Shown here: piece by piece, positions 50,323-63,647 of the stretch
Layout: every line of letters begins with the position of its first letter
How positions within the stretch are numbered: position 1 is the first letter of the stretch
Assembly (NCBI RefSeq): GCF_036365525.1
Contig: NC_090405.1
Span: forward strand, 49,161,749-49,225,748
DNA from: Heterodontus francisci
Taxonomy: Eukaryota
Length of the DNA: 64,000 nt
Direction of reading: 5' to 3'
Notes under the pieces: generated by a model
The model's database searches: none
What the model saw: only the letters and a program-made list of their open reading frames with translations
What the model was told of the DNA's origin: nothing
Program-made: the position numbers and the translations under genes

Positions 50323-53300
50323 AATTGAGGAAACTCCCTTCTCAACAAGAAATCTTTCCCCATATGTTGTATTCACTGGTATGAATTTTTTTAACTTCCC
50401 AGATTTGGCACTAAATCCACAGTTTCTCTTAGCGGAGGTAGGAAATGAAAAAGTATCTTGCACTGTGCAGTAGATGGTGTTTCTCTGGGATTCAAGCTGA
50501 AGTACATTGTTGGGGCAAACCATCCTCACTCTGCATAAAACTGTGCTATACCTGACCAGGAGAATGCTTGAGGGCTGGCACTGGACACAGGGGAATTGGA
50601 AAGTATTCCTAGCAGTGATGTACTTCACCTTGATGAGCACATAATTCACAAAGAAAAGTCTTTTTGAAATTACCCAAACCATTTATTGCCTTTTAGAATT
50701 AAAGCTATATTTGAAGCTTGTCTCTAGCTATATAACCTAGATCAAGCTCTCTGTAGGTGAATTCTTTTAGCTGTAAGTTTCCACTCAAATTGTTTAAATG
50801 ACAAACACTACAATTACATAAATGGCCAAATAGTTGCTGATTTCTATGTTTTAAATGTTTGAAGTTAACCGACAAACAAAATCACCCTCTGGGGTTCCAG
50901 AAGCTTCTTGTTGATTTTATTCTGCTTTGTCATTTAATATTTGAGGTAGTTTGTATAACAACAGAATCACTTATGACTAGCCACTGAAGTTTGTCATTGA
51001 AATATGTTCTCTCTTAGTTTAAGCTTTTGGATAATAACTTCATTTCATCCAGGGTTTCTGCAAATTCAGTCAGGACTTTGCTGTTACAGAAATAACCTCT
51101 TTATCGAGAAGTATTGAGTCAAAAACTTATTTTTACTGTTGAGTTTTTCAGCCACCTTTCCACCTGAGCTAATATGCATCATCGTCCTTAAAATAAAATC
51201 TGCTCAGTGCTACTGCTGTAATTATTCTAGAACCTAAATTATTTTAACGTGGTTTCACAAGTCTGCAAACTATATAAACCCTTCGCAGTGCAAAGTCTGC
51301 GTAAGTAAACCTCAAAATTGTGTTAACTATTTGGATTTCTACAGTTAATTGCTTTCTTAACAATGCTGTACCCACATATGAAAATATCAGCTCGTCATCC
51401 CGACTGTCTTTCATGCTTATGAAATCGATGGGTGTGAAAATCATCAGAGCTGTTGCTCCTTGGAAACTAGAGTTGCTGTTCTCTTTCTGTACAGAACACA
51501 ATAAGTAGTATTGCATGTTAAAATGTACACAACCTTGTCTTTTATATTTCAACGTGCATAGGATAAATCTGTACCAATCTGTTACTGAATTTACGTCACT
51601 TCTAAAACCTCAATTCATTTTCACCAGTTGTTGGGTCCTTTATATATGAAACATCCCAATATATCAGCATTATATCCTCCACAGCAGATAGACTTTAATT
51701 TTTGTTAATGTACCTGCTTAATTAACTTCAGGACAAATTGAGTTGGCAGTTGCAGAAACTGCTTTAAATAAAGATTTTAGCATGGTTTATTCTGTAGTTA
51801 AAAAAAATGGAAAATGTTGGAAGTACACTGCAGACTGGTTAATGTTTCAGACAGATGTTCTTTGTGTTTTAATAGTGGCTTGCCTGATGTGTACTCCTTG
51901 CATTTGTCTATCCTTTAGATTTCTGGCATTTGCAATTTTTCATCTTTTTCAATCTTCCAGAATTTCCAGTTTGATCAAAGTGATTTCTAAGAAGATAAAC
52001 CGTTAACAGTCACTTCTTGGGTTTTTAAAAAATATTCCAAACACACCTTTTATAGTGGCCAGCACTTGTAAAGGAAACTTAAAATGAACTTGTAGAGAGG
52101 CTCAGCCAGCAGAAGGATCCAGTTGGACTCGATGTTAAACTAAGTCAGGTATTGAACCTGTGTGGGACATTGATGTATCACAAAGGCACAGGAAAGGTCA
52201 ATGCTGCCTCATTGTCAGATTGCATTTTGGGGGGAAAAGGCTGCAGAATGCTAAGAAAGACAGGTCACCTTTCAAAAGTGAATCTTTTTATTCTGCTGTG
52301 AGAATGTCAATACTTCATAACAGCATCAGTTTGTTTAAGCTATAATTTAATGTGTGATCTTTGAAGTAATTAGTGCCTCAAAGTTCTCTTTAAATTAATG
52401 CCTTGTTAGTTTTTCTGATTATAAAGTTAAGGAGATGTATCCTTTGCAATGTTGTACATACAATTGGTTTACATTGTTCCTACTGAGCCTTCTATTTTAT
52501 GATGGGTGGTACACTGTTCTGGTTCGTAACCAAGATGACAACCTGATTTTCATTTAAACCAAAACCACTACATCCTCAATTTTAACATTAGACTTTTGAT
52601 GAAAGTTCAATTAAAATATGATTAAATTAGTTGTCTTTGTTTTTCTTTCTTCACACACCATGCAATAGATTTTTTTTTTTAATTACCATTTTCTTCACTG
52701 AATTACTGGTCATTTCAGACATGTTGTGGTTTTATTTCAGATTTCTTCCATTTCCTCCTCATTTTTCTTCAATCATAGAGCAGATGTTGACCAAAGGAAA
52801 CTGATGGAATTCAAAATGATCTGGCCCCAAAAAAAGGTGTGGGCTCTGGAATAAAAGATAGGTTCGGTACAACATCGTGGGCCGAAGGGCCTGTACTGTG
52901 CTGTACTGTTCTATGTTCTATGTATGATTGTGTGTTGGAGAAAAAATATATATACAATGATGGGGGCTCCATTAGCTAAAGAGGAAAAGTATGATTATTG
53001 ACCATTGAAAGTACGCAACCTGAAATTAACAGCTAGACTGATGAGGCAACAAGATGTACTTCAAGGCCATAGATATTGTTAGTGATGACCCATTTTAATA
53101 TTTTGGGCACTGTATCTTCACAACGACTTAGTTTAGGATAGCTCAGAGCTAAACAGTAAGGATGGTTCTCAGTCTCCATTCTCCTAATTAGAGGGGATCT
53201 CAAGTGAACTGCACATAAGGCTTGAGTACAAAATTTTGAAGCAAGACCAGATTGGCACAATCTCTTGCCCCTTGCAAAGAAGTACAGATATGGAATGGAA

Positions 53301-55009
53301 GTTCACCTAAAGCAGATAACACTGTCAATTAATGTATTTGAAAAGAACTGGATGCATTTCTAGTCCGGAATATGGTGATCATAAGTATAGCTAGAGATGA
53401 GTGAAATGTGATGATTTCTGATCTGCAAGGATAATTGATACGGTCACATGAAGATATATGACATGGGAAGACAGGCATGGTGGAATATGGATAATAACAT
53501 GCCTGATCAATATAGCTAATGTGTACTGTTCATGGCACTTCAAACATTGACATAATTCTGATGAAAGTTCTGTCAAAAGGTCATTGCCCTGACTTGTTCA
53601 CTCTGCTTTTCTCTCCACAGATGCTGCCTGACCTGTGTATTTCAGCAGTTTCTGTTTTTGTTTGGTACACCTGGTTTTTTGGTCTCTCCACCTAACGTGC
53701 TGAGAATGTTGCTGCACTCAATCCTCTCAGTGGCCCACCTGTTTAATGTGCAAGGAAATGCTGATTAGCGTTCTGCCCACAGTACCAGTTGGGGGCTGAA
53801 GGAAGGAGACTGATACGGTATTGAGTGCCACAATTCTGAACAGCACATTGGAAGAATAAGCAGATTAATCAGCTGTTTAAAATGCTAATGAGTTGTGCTG
53901 CTCATTTGCTCAATGATGTTTCCTCCAGCTATGAATCATTAAAAATGACTGGGGATTTCAGCCCAAAACTAGTTATTACAACCTATGGAAAATGCAGATA
54001 ATATAAGTGGGCTTTGGCAAGTTTGATTTGAGTAGCGATCATGGAAAATGGATTCCACAGGATTCCGAAACTTCTTGATTTATATTTTTATGGGCAGAGG
54101 GAAAAGCAAAGCTGGAGATTTCCACTTCTGCCACTCATATGCCCTGATTTTTCTGCCTTTTACAAGTCTATGGGTGGTAAATCGCAGGCTGGCGAGGGCT
54201 GAATCAGAAAATCCCAGCTTAATGTCTTGAGCAGAGCCTGAGATAGGGTGGGTTGCATGTGTTCAGTGGAACAAATAGGCAAGTTGGGCTGAATGATTTC
54301 TTCATGTTTTATACTCTATCTAGGTGATCTACAGTGGTGTTGCTTGTGAGTAGTCTGAGCTCTGGAACCCAGTTGTAATGTTTAACTGCTGACATTGGCC
54401 ATTCTGTTTAGGCCACTGCTCTCAAGTGAACCCATCAGGAAAGTTATCTTATTAGGCCATGAGGTTAATTAGCTAATTTTTGTTGCTGCAAGTTACTGTA
54501 CACTGGCAGCTGCTTGTTATCAAAGATCAGGGGAGAAAAAAAGCAGAAAATGACTGGAGATTTTGTTATTGTTCTATACAAAGTGCATGATGTGTGGTTT
54601 GTGCACTTTCAAAACTTTATATAAAAATTAAGTAGGTAAGATATATAGGATTTTAAAAACGCTAATTTTTGAAAACAAAAAATAAAATACTGTAGATACT
54701 AGAAATTTTTAAGAACAGAAATGAACTTATCTTTCTTCAAGACATGCACGGAACGGAGTTTCTATTCTAAATTGGAATCAGCATACACTCGATATGAAGG
54801 TGTTATTAATTGTACTTAACATACATATTAGGCTCATCTTTCTGTAAAAAGCCCACATTACATCACTGAACGGCCTACTTTGTAATTGCACAGTGCTTTG
54901 CTTCCAGAGCTCATCCAAGCTATTTATGTTTCCTTTTCTGTGAACTGCTTCCTGACATCTGCTCTCACCACTCTGTATTTGTTCCTAACTTCCTTCTTAC
55001 TAGTTTGTA

Positions 55010-55430
55010 TATGTACATATAGAGGAAGGATATACTTGTCTTAGAGTGCAATGAAGGTTCACTGGACGGATTCCTGGAATGAAGGAGAAATTGAGTATAT
55101 ATTCCTTGCAATTTAGAAGAATGAGAGGCGATCTCGTTGAAACATAAAATTTTTTAATGACTTCACAGGATAGATGCTGGGAGGATGTTTCCCCTGGCTG
55201 GGGAGAATAGAGCTAGGGGTCACAGTCTCAGAATAAGCGGTCGGTCATTTAGGAGTAAGATGAGAAATTTCTTCACTCAAAGGGTTTTGAATCTTTGAAA
55301 TTCTGTACTCCAGAGGGCAGTGGATGCTCATTCGTTGAGTATATATGGGGATAGTGTGGGAAAGTGGAGTTGGGGTAGAAAATCAGCCATGATCTTATTA
55401 AATGGCCCACTCCACCTATTTCTTAGGTTC
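55010..55430 (+). mobile_element. CR1-group LINE 3' fragment
   Basis: agaatgagaggcgatctcgttgaaaca, ggggtcacagtctcagaataag, and tail. Confidence 0.8.
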
Positions 55431-55464
55431 CTGTATCCTGCAGCTGCAATGGGTTCACCCTCCC

Positions 55465-55595
55465 AATCTATGGGTGTACCTACACCACATGGACTGCAGC
55501 GGTTCAAGAAGGCGGCTCACCACTGCCTTCTCGAGGGCAATTAGGGATAGGCAATAAATGCTGGCCTAGCCAGCGACACCCACATCCCGTGAGAG
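55465..55595 (+). mobile_element. 3' end of a LINE of the 8470 family
   Basis: Matches about 11578-11700. Confidence 0.85.
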
Positions 55596-56482
55596 AATAA
55601 TCTAGTATCCCTACTTGATACTAAATTGGGTGTATCGGTTTCAGGTGGTTGGTTCTTTAATGGTAGCACAAATACAGCCTAAAATGTAAACATTTAAACT
55701 GGTTGTTTCACAACCATATGATCCTGTCCTTATCTACCATATGATAGCATGACTATGGTATTGGACATCCAGAGGCCTGGACAAATAATTCAGAGAACAA
55801 ATCCCACCTTGGCGTATTAAATTTTTGGACTCTCGGAATCGAGGGATATGGGGATTGGGTGGGAAAGTGAAGTTGAGGTCAAGGATCAGCTATGATCTTA
55901 TTAAATGGCGGAACAGGGGTCATATGGCCCACTCCTCCTATTTCTTAATTTCTTACGAGCTCAACAGCTGCCTGATGGAAAGAAATCTTCACTCCTTCCT
56001 TTATCTTCCTTTTACATACTTTACAAGTGGTAGAATTGTGGCAAACTTAGTGTAAAATCTTTAGCTCAACCCTTCCGTTGCCTCTATCTGCTTTGTTCAC
56101 AGAAGTGGAGAATTCTCTTCATCTGATGCATCTGTCACTGAGCCAAGATAATACTTGGAATGGGCTGAAATGGAGTAAATGTAAATGTACTAAGTAGGAA
56201 GTCATTACACTGCTTGATTTAACAAACAGAAGAAACATTGGCTGAAGAATTAGAACTCTTAGTTTAATATATGCCAGGTACCCATCCCCATATCACTTGA
56301 TTCCCTTAAGAGTCCAAATATTTAATACGCCAAGGTGGGATTTGTTCTCTGAATTATTTGTCCAGGCCTCTGGATGCCCAGTAATATAGTCATGCTATCA
56401 TATGGTAGATAAAGATAGGATCATATGGTTATGAAACAACCAGTTTAAATGTTTACATTTCAGGCTGTATTTGTGCTACCAT

Positions 56483-59230
56483 ATTCCCAATACCAAACAT
56501 TTGTTCCTGCTGGGGGACTTTAATGCCAGGATTGGGGCCGACCATGACTCATGGCCCTCCTGCCTTGGGTGCTATGGCATTGGAAGGATGAAAGAGAATG
56601 GACAGAGACTGCTGGAGTTGTGTACCTATCACAACCTCTGCATCACCAACTCATTCATACTAAACCCTGTGACCAGGTTTCTTGGAGGCACCCAGGATCA
56701 CGTCGTTGGCACGCCTCTTTAAACAGCGTTCAAATCACACACAGCTTCCACAGTGCGGACTGCAACACCGACCACTCCCTGGTGTGCGGCAAGGTTAGAC
56801 TCAAACCAAAGAAGCTGCATCACTCCAAGCAGAAGGGCTGCCTGCGCATCAACACTAGCAGAATTTCTTATTCACAGCTGTTACATAAGTTTCTAAATTC
56901 ACTTGAAAAAGCCCTTCAAAACACTCTACAGGGGATGCAGAGACCAGTGGGCCCACATCAGAGGTGCCATCTATGACTCAGCAATGACCACCTATGGCAA
57001 ACGTGTGAAGCAGAATGCAGACTGGTTTCAATCTCACTTTGAAGAACTGGAACCTGTCATAGTTGCTAAGCGCATTGCACTGCTGAACTACAAGAAAGCC
57101 CCCAGTGAGTTAACATCCGTAGCACTTAAAGCAGTCAGAAGCGCTGCACAAAGAACAGCCAGGCGCTGCGCAAATGACTACTGGCAACACCTATGCAGTC
57201 GTATTCAGCTGGCCTCTGACACCGGAAACATCAGAGGAATGTATGATAGCATTAAGAGAGCTTTTGGGCCAACCATCAGGAAGATCACACCCCCCTTAAG
57301 TCTAAATCAGGGGACACAATCACTGACCAACGCAAGCAAATAGACCGCTGGGTGGAGCACTACATAGGACTGTACTCCAGGGAGAATGTTGTCACTGAGA
57401 CCGCCTCAATGCAGCCCAGTCTCTGCCAGTCATGGATGAGCTGGATGTACAGCCAACAAAATTCGAACTCAGTGATGCCATTGATTCTCTAGCCAGTGGA
57501 AAAGCCCCTGGGAAGGACAGCTTTACCCCTGAAATAATCAAGAGTGCCAAGCCTGCTATACTTTCAGCACTCCACGAACTGCTATGCCTGTGCTGGGATG
57601 AGGGAGCAGTACCACAGGACATGCGCAACGCCAATATCATCACCCTCTATAAGAACAAGGGTGACCGCGGTGACTGCAACATCTACCGTGGAATCTCCCT
57701 GCTCAGCATAGTGGGGAAAGTCTTCACTCGAGTCGTTTTAAACAGGTTCCAGAAGCTGGCTGAGTGTGTCTACCCTGAGGCACAGTGTGGCTTTCGAGCA
57801 GAGATCCACCATTGACATGCTGTTCTCCCTTCGCCAGCTACAGGAGAAATGCCACGATCAACAGATGCCCCTCTACATTGCTTTCATTGATCTCACCAAA
57901 GCCTTTGACCTCGTCAGCAGATGTGGTCTCTTCAGACTACTAGAAAAGATTGGATATCCATCAAAGCTACTAAATATCATCACCTCATTCCATGACAATA
58001 TGAAAGGCACAATTCAGCCTCATCAGACCCCTTTCCTATCCTGAGTGGCATGAAACAGGGCTGTGTTCTCGCACCCACACTGTTTGGGATCTTCTCCATG
58101 CTGCTCTCACGTGCGTTAAAGTCTTCAGAAGAAGGAATTTTCCTCCACACAAGATCAGATGGCAGGTTGTTCAACCTTGCCCGTCTATGAGCGAAGACCA
58201 AAGTACGGAAGGTCCTCATCAGGGAACTCCTCTTTGCTGACAATGCTGCATTAACATCTCACACAGAAGAGTGTCTGCAGAGACTCATCGACAGCATTGC
58301 GGCTGCCTGCAACGAATTTAGCCTAACCATCAGCCTCAAGAAAACAAACATCATGGGACAGGACGTCAGAAATGCTCCATCCATCAATATCGGCGACCAC
58401 GCTCTGGAAGTGGTTCAAGAGTTCACCTACCTAGTCTCAACTATCACCAGTAACCAGGCTCTCGATGCAGAAATCAACAAGCGCATGGGAAAGGCTTCCA
58501 CTGCTATGTCCAGACTGTGGGAAAATGGCACACTGACACGGAACACAAAAGTGTATCAAGCCTGTGTCTCAGTACCTTGCTCTGCAGTAGCAAGGCCTGG
58601 ACAACGTATGTCAGGCAAGAGTGACGTCTCAATTCATTCCATCTTCGCTGCCTCCGGAGAATCCTTGGCATCAGGTGGCAGGACCGTATCTCCAACGCAG
58701 AATTCCTCGAGGCGGCCAACATCCCCAGCATATACACCCTACTGAGCCAGCGGCGCTTGAGATGGCTTGGCCATGTGAGATGGCTTGGCCATGTGAGCCG
58801 CATGGAAGATGGCAGGATCCCCAAGCACACATTGTACAGCGAGCTTGTCACTCGTATCAGACCCACCGGCTGTCCATGTCTCCGCTTTAAAGACATCTGC
58901 AAACGCAACATGAAGTCCTGTGATATTGATCACAAGTCGTGGGAATCAGTTGCCAGTGATCGCCAGAGCTGGCGGGCAGCCATAAAGGTGGGGCTGAAGA
59001 GTGGCGAGTCGAAGAGACTTAGCAGTTGGCAGGAAAAAAGACAGAAGCGCAAGGGGAGAGCCAACTGTGTAACAGCCCCGACAACCAATTTTATCTGCAG
59101 CACCGATGGAAGAGTCTGTCACTCTAGAATTGGCCTTTATAGCCACTCCAGGCGCTTCTCCACAAACCACTGACCACCTGCAGGCGCTTACCCATTGTCT
59201 CACGAGTCAAGGAGGCCAAAGAGAAGAGAG
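56483..59230 (+). mobile_element. Long RTE-clade LINE copy (partial APE, RT, C-terminal finger), decayed
   Basis: LLGDFNARIG, KAPGKD, YRGISLLS, QCGFR, FIDLTKAFD, QGCVLAP, LFADN and RWLGHVSRM motifs; multiple frameshifts; gaaga-type tail. Confidence 0.93.
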
Positions 59231-61339
59231 ACTTCAACTTTATTACTTGTAATAACAAATGCAGGTTTAGGAAAAAAATGTATCAGCAGTTACAAGTGAA
59301 ATTGGCTTCTTTTGGTTAATAAAGTTATGGTTGAACTGAAAGTCCCATTGAGTTTAGATGGCAGTGCGTGTGTTCTAAACCTACTTTATCAGATACAGAG
59401 CAATGAAAGAGAAACCTATTACTGTGGTAATACTACTTAGATTGCGAGTGTAAGGAGTTAATTCAATAGGCTTTTAAAAGAATTTGATAACTTCAGTCCA
59501 CATAAACTGAGAAAAAAAGATTTTTCATACCAAATGGAAATACATTCATTGCCCACATGAGGGCAGCTGTTTGCGTAGACCATAGTCGCAGCTGATGCTA
59601 ATGTTATGAGGAAGGGTAACAAGACCAGAAATGTTATCCCTACCTTCCTCTCTGTGCAGATGCTGTCTGACCTGCCGAGTGTTTCCATCATTTTCTGTTT
59701 TATTTGTGTTTGTAGAAATGGAGAGCCTTCGTTAAGTGCAAATTCTAACCTAACATTCTAACCTTTCAGAAAGAATGTTAAACCGGAATCTGTCTGTAAA
59801 AGATCAAAATGGCAAAATCTGGGAGAGAAAAAGTGGGTAGTTCTGTTATTCTAGCCAACATTCCGTTTCAATCACATAATCAAAAACAACAACTTACATT
59901 TATATAATGTCTTTAATGAAACATCCCAAAATGCTTCACAGGAATTTTAGCAAACAAAAGTTGACACCAAGCCACATGGAGATATTAGGGCAGGTGACCA
60001 ACAGCTTAGAGAAAGAGTTCAAAAGAAAGAGAGGCTTGAATTTATATAGTGTTTCCATGACCTTAAGATGTCCCAAAGTGTTTTACCACTAATTTTATAC
60101 TTTATTTGAAGTGCTGTCACTGTTGTGATGCAGGAAAGTTTTAAGAAGCATCTTAAAGCGGGGGGGGGGGGGGGGGGGGAGGTAGGGGAGCAGAGAGGTT
60201 TAAGGAGGGAATTCTAAAACTTTGGGCAATAACTGACATTTATCTGACATTTGTGGGTCTCTACTGTGTGAAAATTAGCTGTCATATATGCCTATTTAAA
60301 ACAGACTACACTCAAAAACAATTTCCTGGTTGTAAAGTGTTAAAGAAATGAAAGGTGCTATATAAAAGCTGGTTCTTTCTTGTTCTCTGTACCATCTCGT
60401 TTTTTAACTGACTAGTCAATAATTAAGTTATGACTCCATGTAGAAATGATGTTACTTGCATTGGACTGCAGGCCAGGCTTCCTGTTTAAAAACAGAAAAT
60501 CAACATGTGCCAAATGTTTAAGCTCAATTCAGTCACTTCTAGTTCTAAAATCAGCAGCTCTGAATTTTTTTTTGTTGCAAACACCCCTGCAGCAGTTAGT
60601 ACAAGCACAAGCTGCTCTGGTTAAGAGTGGGTGTGAAATGGAGAGAAGACTTGCAACACAATGAAAGGCTTTCGGAAAATTTTATTCATGATATGTGGAT
60701 GACACTGGCAAGGTTGTATTTATTGCCAATCTCTAGTTGTACTGAAAAGATAGTGGTTGGCCTTGGCCTTGAACCACTGCCATAACTGTGTTGGGGAAGG
60801 AATTTCAGGATGTTGATCCAGCGATGATGAAGGAACTGCACTATATGTCCAAGTCAAGATGGTGTTTAATTGTGCTGGGAACTTCAAGAAGGATTTCTAG
60901 TAGCATTGTTGCTCTTGTCCTTCTCAGGGTCGAAAGACACAGGAAAGGATGTTGCCTACCACTTGCCCATCTAAACTCGAGTTATCCAGGTTCTGCTGTG
61001 AGTTGACAAGGGTTGTTTCATTTTTGGAGTAGTTGTGAAGGAGCTGAACACTAGAATAGTCATTGAACAGTCCCACTTGACCTTACAATGAAGGGAAAGT
61101 TCATGATGAAGTAGCTGCAGATGGTTGGGCTGGAGATGCTATCCTGAGAAACTCCTGAGAAAATGTTGTGGGGTTGTAATGATTGGCCTCTGACAATCAG
61201 AGCCATCTTTTGCATCAGATATGACTCCTGCCACTCGAGGTTTTGGTCTTTGGCCCTTATTCACTTCATTTTTGCTGGGGCTCCTTGGTGTATCAAACCC
61301 AATTACTCCCCTGGCATTCACCTCATAGAATGATTTTGT

Positions 61340-61742
61340 TCTTAGAGAAGAGAAGGTTGAGAGGAGATTTGACAGAGGTATCCAAAATTATGAGGGAGTC
61401 TAGACAGAGTAGATCGGGAGAAACTGTTCCCATTGGCAGAAGGGTCGAGAACCAGAGGACACAAATTTAAAGTGATTGGCAAAAGAACCAACAGCGACAT
61501 GAGGAAAAACTTACTTCTACGCAGCAGTTGGTTAGTATCTGGAATGCACTGCTTTAAAGAGTGGTGGAGACAGATTCAATTGCGGCTTTCAAAAGGGAAT
61601 TGGATAAGCATCTGAAGGGAAAAAAATGCAGGGCTACAGGAAAAAGGGCAGGGGAGTGGAACTAGCTGAGCTGCTGTTGCAAAGAGCAGGCATGGAGATG
61701 ACAGGCTGAATGGCCTCCTGTGCTATAACCATCCTATGATAC
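61340..61742 (+). mobile_element. CR1-group LINE 3' fragment
   Basis: LEKRRLRGDL and TRGHKFK motifs; tail ggctgaatggcctcctgtgctataacc. Confidence 0.85.
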
Positions 61743-61788
61743 AGTAATGTGGTCAAAACTGCTTTGCACTGACGGGGGTTAGGAAGTA

Positions 61789-62691
61789 TGTTACGACCAG
61801 GTGAGAAAGGTGTCTAGGTTCCCTTTCAGCCTTCACCTGGTCTTACTGTAACAGGTTTTAATTTTAAACATACTGTGTTTTTAGCTCCCCCTTGGTGAAT
61901 CCTTGTTCACCGCTTTCCAATTATAAGGCAAAGAAACCAGCACAAACAAGCTTTCTTAGGTTTAAAGAAAATAAGTTGAAATTTATTAAACTTAAACTCT
62001 AATTCGGTTAATGCCTATGGGTACATGCCGCGCCCCACGTTAGCATGCATACGCAATACACACATGCAAATAGAGACAGAAAAGAGCAGAAGAAAAATAA
62101 AGTGGAAAGGTTTGAGGCAACATCAGAAGAGTTGTTGTTACGGTTCTTCGAGCTCACTGTAGATTCCTTGATTGTAGCTAGATCTTGCTTTTCGTTGGGG
62201 TCCAGTATTCTTCCTAAACCTTATTTGCTGTAGGAGACTTTTCTCTCTTGGGGTTCATGAGTCTTCCGTGGATTCAGAGGTTTGTGAGAAAGAGATGGGA
62301 GCAGACAGGAGAGAGATCTGAGTCCAGGAGCAAACAGCTTTCTGCCCAGAACTGGTTTTACAAATTCAAAAATCTCAGGTTGCCCAGCAGGTTAGTCATG
62401 TGACTAGCTGGATTGACCATGTCCGTTTGTGTATTCAGCCATCTTAGCAGTCAACCTGGAATGTGAGCTCCCCCACCTTCAACGTCTGGTGACCAAAAGT
62501 CCATTGTGGGTTAAATGTCAGGGAATGGCTGCTTTGTCCCTCCAAACGCTGTCTGTTAACATGCAAATGTCTTTTCCAGCCACAGCTGATCTATTCAAAA
62601 GTATTCCCCTCACTCCAGTAACAGTTTAAAATCAATGTTCATGACAAAATTAATGTGCCTCATTCTTGGCAGGTGGGGGCCCGGCATGACA
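61789..62691 (-). mobile_element. Probable solo LTR (~900 bp)
   Basis: tgttacga ... gcatgaca (TG...CA with imperfect inverted ends); minus-strand AATAAA at ~61982; no ORF. No TSD is visible. Confidence 0.6.
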
Positions 62692-63339
62692 GCGTTTCAC
62701 AGATCATGAATGATCAAAGCATAAATGGGCTTCTGGGGCGGGGTCAATAACTTGGAATCTTGGAAAAATGGTTGGATATGCCATGTAGTGGTGGAGGGAC
62801 AAGTGAACTCTCTTAGCTGGATGCAGGATGAAATTATTGCAAACTACTCTGACTTTCTGCTGCTTGAGATGCAACTTTGTGCCAACTCAACTTTACAAAC
62901 TTCTAACGGATGAAGCATATGATTTTCTTAAGTTGTGATCTCAATGTATGCCGGGAGGCAGAAATAAAACTGCTAAAAATAGCTAATAAAACTGTTTTGG
63001 TACTGTGAACTGAGCTTCCAATCCAATATTCCCTTCATCACATAAATCGCTAACTTGCAGCTCCATAAATCGCCCTCCCCTTTTCCCCTGCTTACCTGTC
63101 ACTGAACTCCTCCTCTAAGCTATTTACAATACGGGAAATAATAATTATAGGTGAGCTGCACACCTCAGCTGTGTTGACAGCTACTTTCACCTTCCCTCCT
63201 CCTCGACACCTATATTTTTATAAATTTGTTACAGCATTTTCTTATTTTTTTTTTTGCATCCTGCACACCAAGAATCCCGAAATAAATTGCCTCATGCTGT
63301 GCTTTGTCGGTTTCTAAATGTCTCTTGTGCGTTACAGAA

Positions 63340-63500
63340 AACCTCACGTGTTAATTGTGGTTACATCTGACATCATTTGCATGAACAAAAAACCCTTTTC
63401 CTTGTACTGCCTGCAGGTTGCTAGCAACAGAGTCAAGAGAATAGCGCGTTCAACCAGCGGTAAGACTGAGCCTTGTATTTATAAAGGGGGGAGAAAAAAA
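63340..63500 (+). promoter_or_regulatory. PSTPIP1 proximal promoter
   Basis: CACGTG 63345, TGTGGTT 63356, ATTTGCAT 63375, GTTGCTAGCAAC 63417 and TATAAA 63480, lying 135-270 bp upstream of the ATG. Confidence 0.65.
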
Positions 63501-63614
63501 TACACCGCCGGGTTATCAGTCAAAACTACTACAACTATTGTCTACAATCAAGGTCTTAGCTATAATCGTAGTAACAAACTTCATAAAGAGTTATACATCC
63601 TTCCCCCATTCGCT

Positions 63615-63647
63615 ATGACTCGACTTCGGTTCAAGGACGCTTTTTGG
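63615..63647 (+). CDS. PSTPIP1: PSTPIP1 first coding exon (MTRLRFKDAFW)
   Basis: Matches the PSTPIP1 N-terminus (human MMPQLQFKDAFW), ends at a perfect donor TGG|gtgagt, and lies downstream of RCN2 as in human. Confidence 0.88.

Noticed and set aside
50203-51552. Minus-strand ORFs of 159 and 102 aa downstream of RCN2
   Set aside because: No domain-like features or splice support; likely chance ORFs antisense to the 3' UTR region.
58758-58793. In-frame 18-bp duplication (RWLGHV twice) in the RTE
   Set aside because: Absent from the sister copies at 12434 and 33474; local slippage in a dead element.
60160-60179. Run of about 20 G
   Set aside because: Simple homopolymer inside decayed repeats; length is unreliable and there is no functional context.
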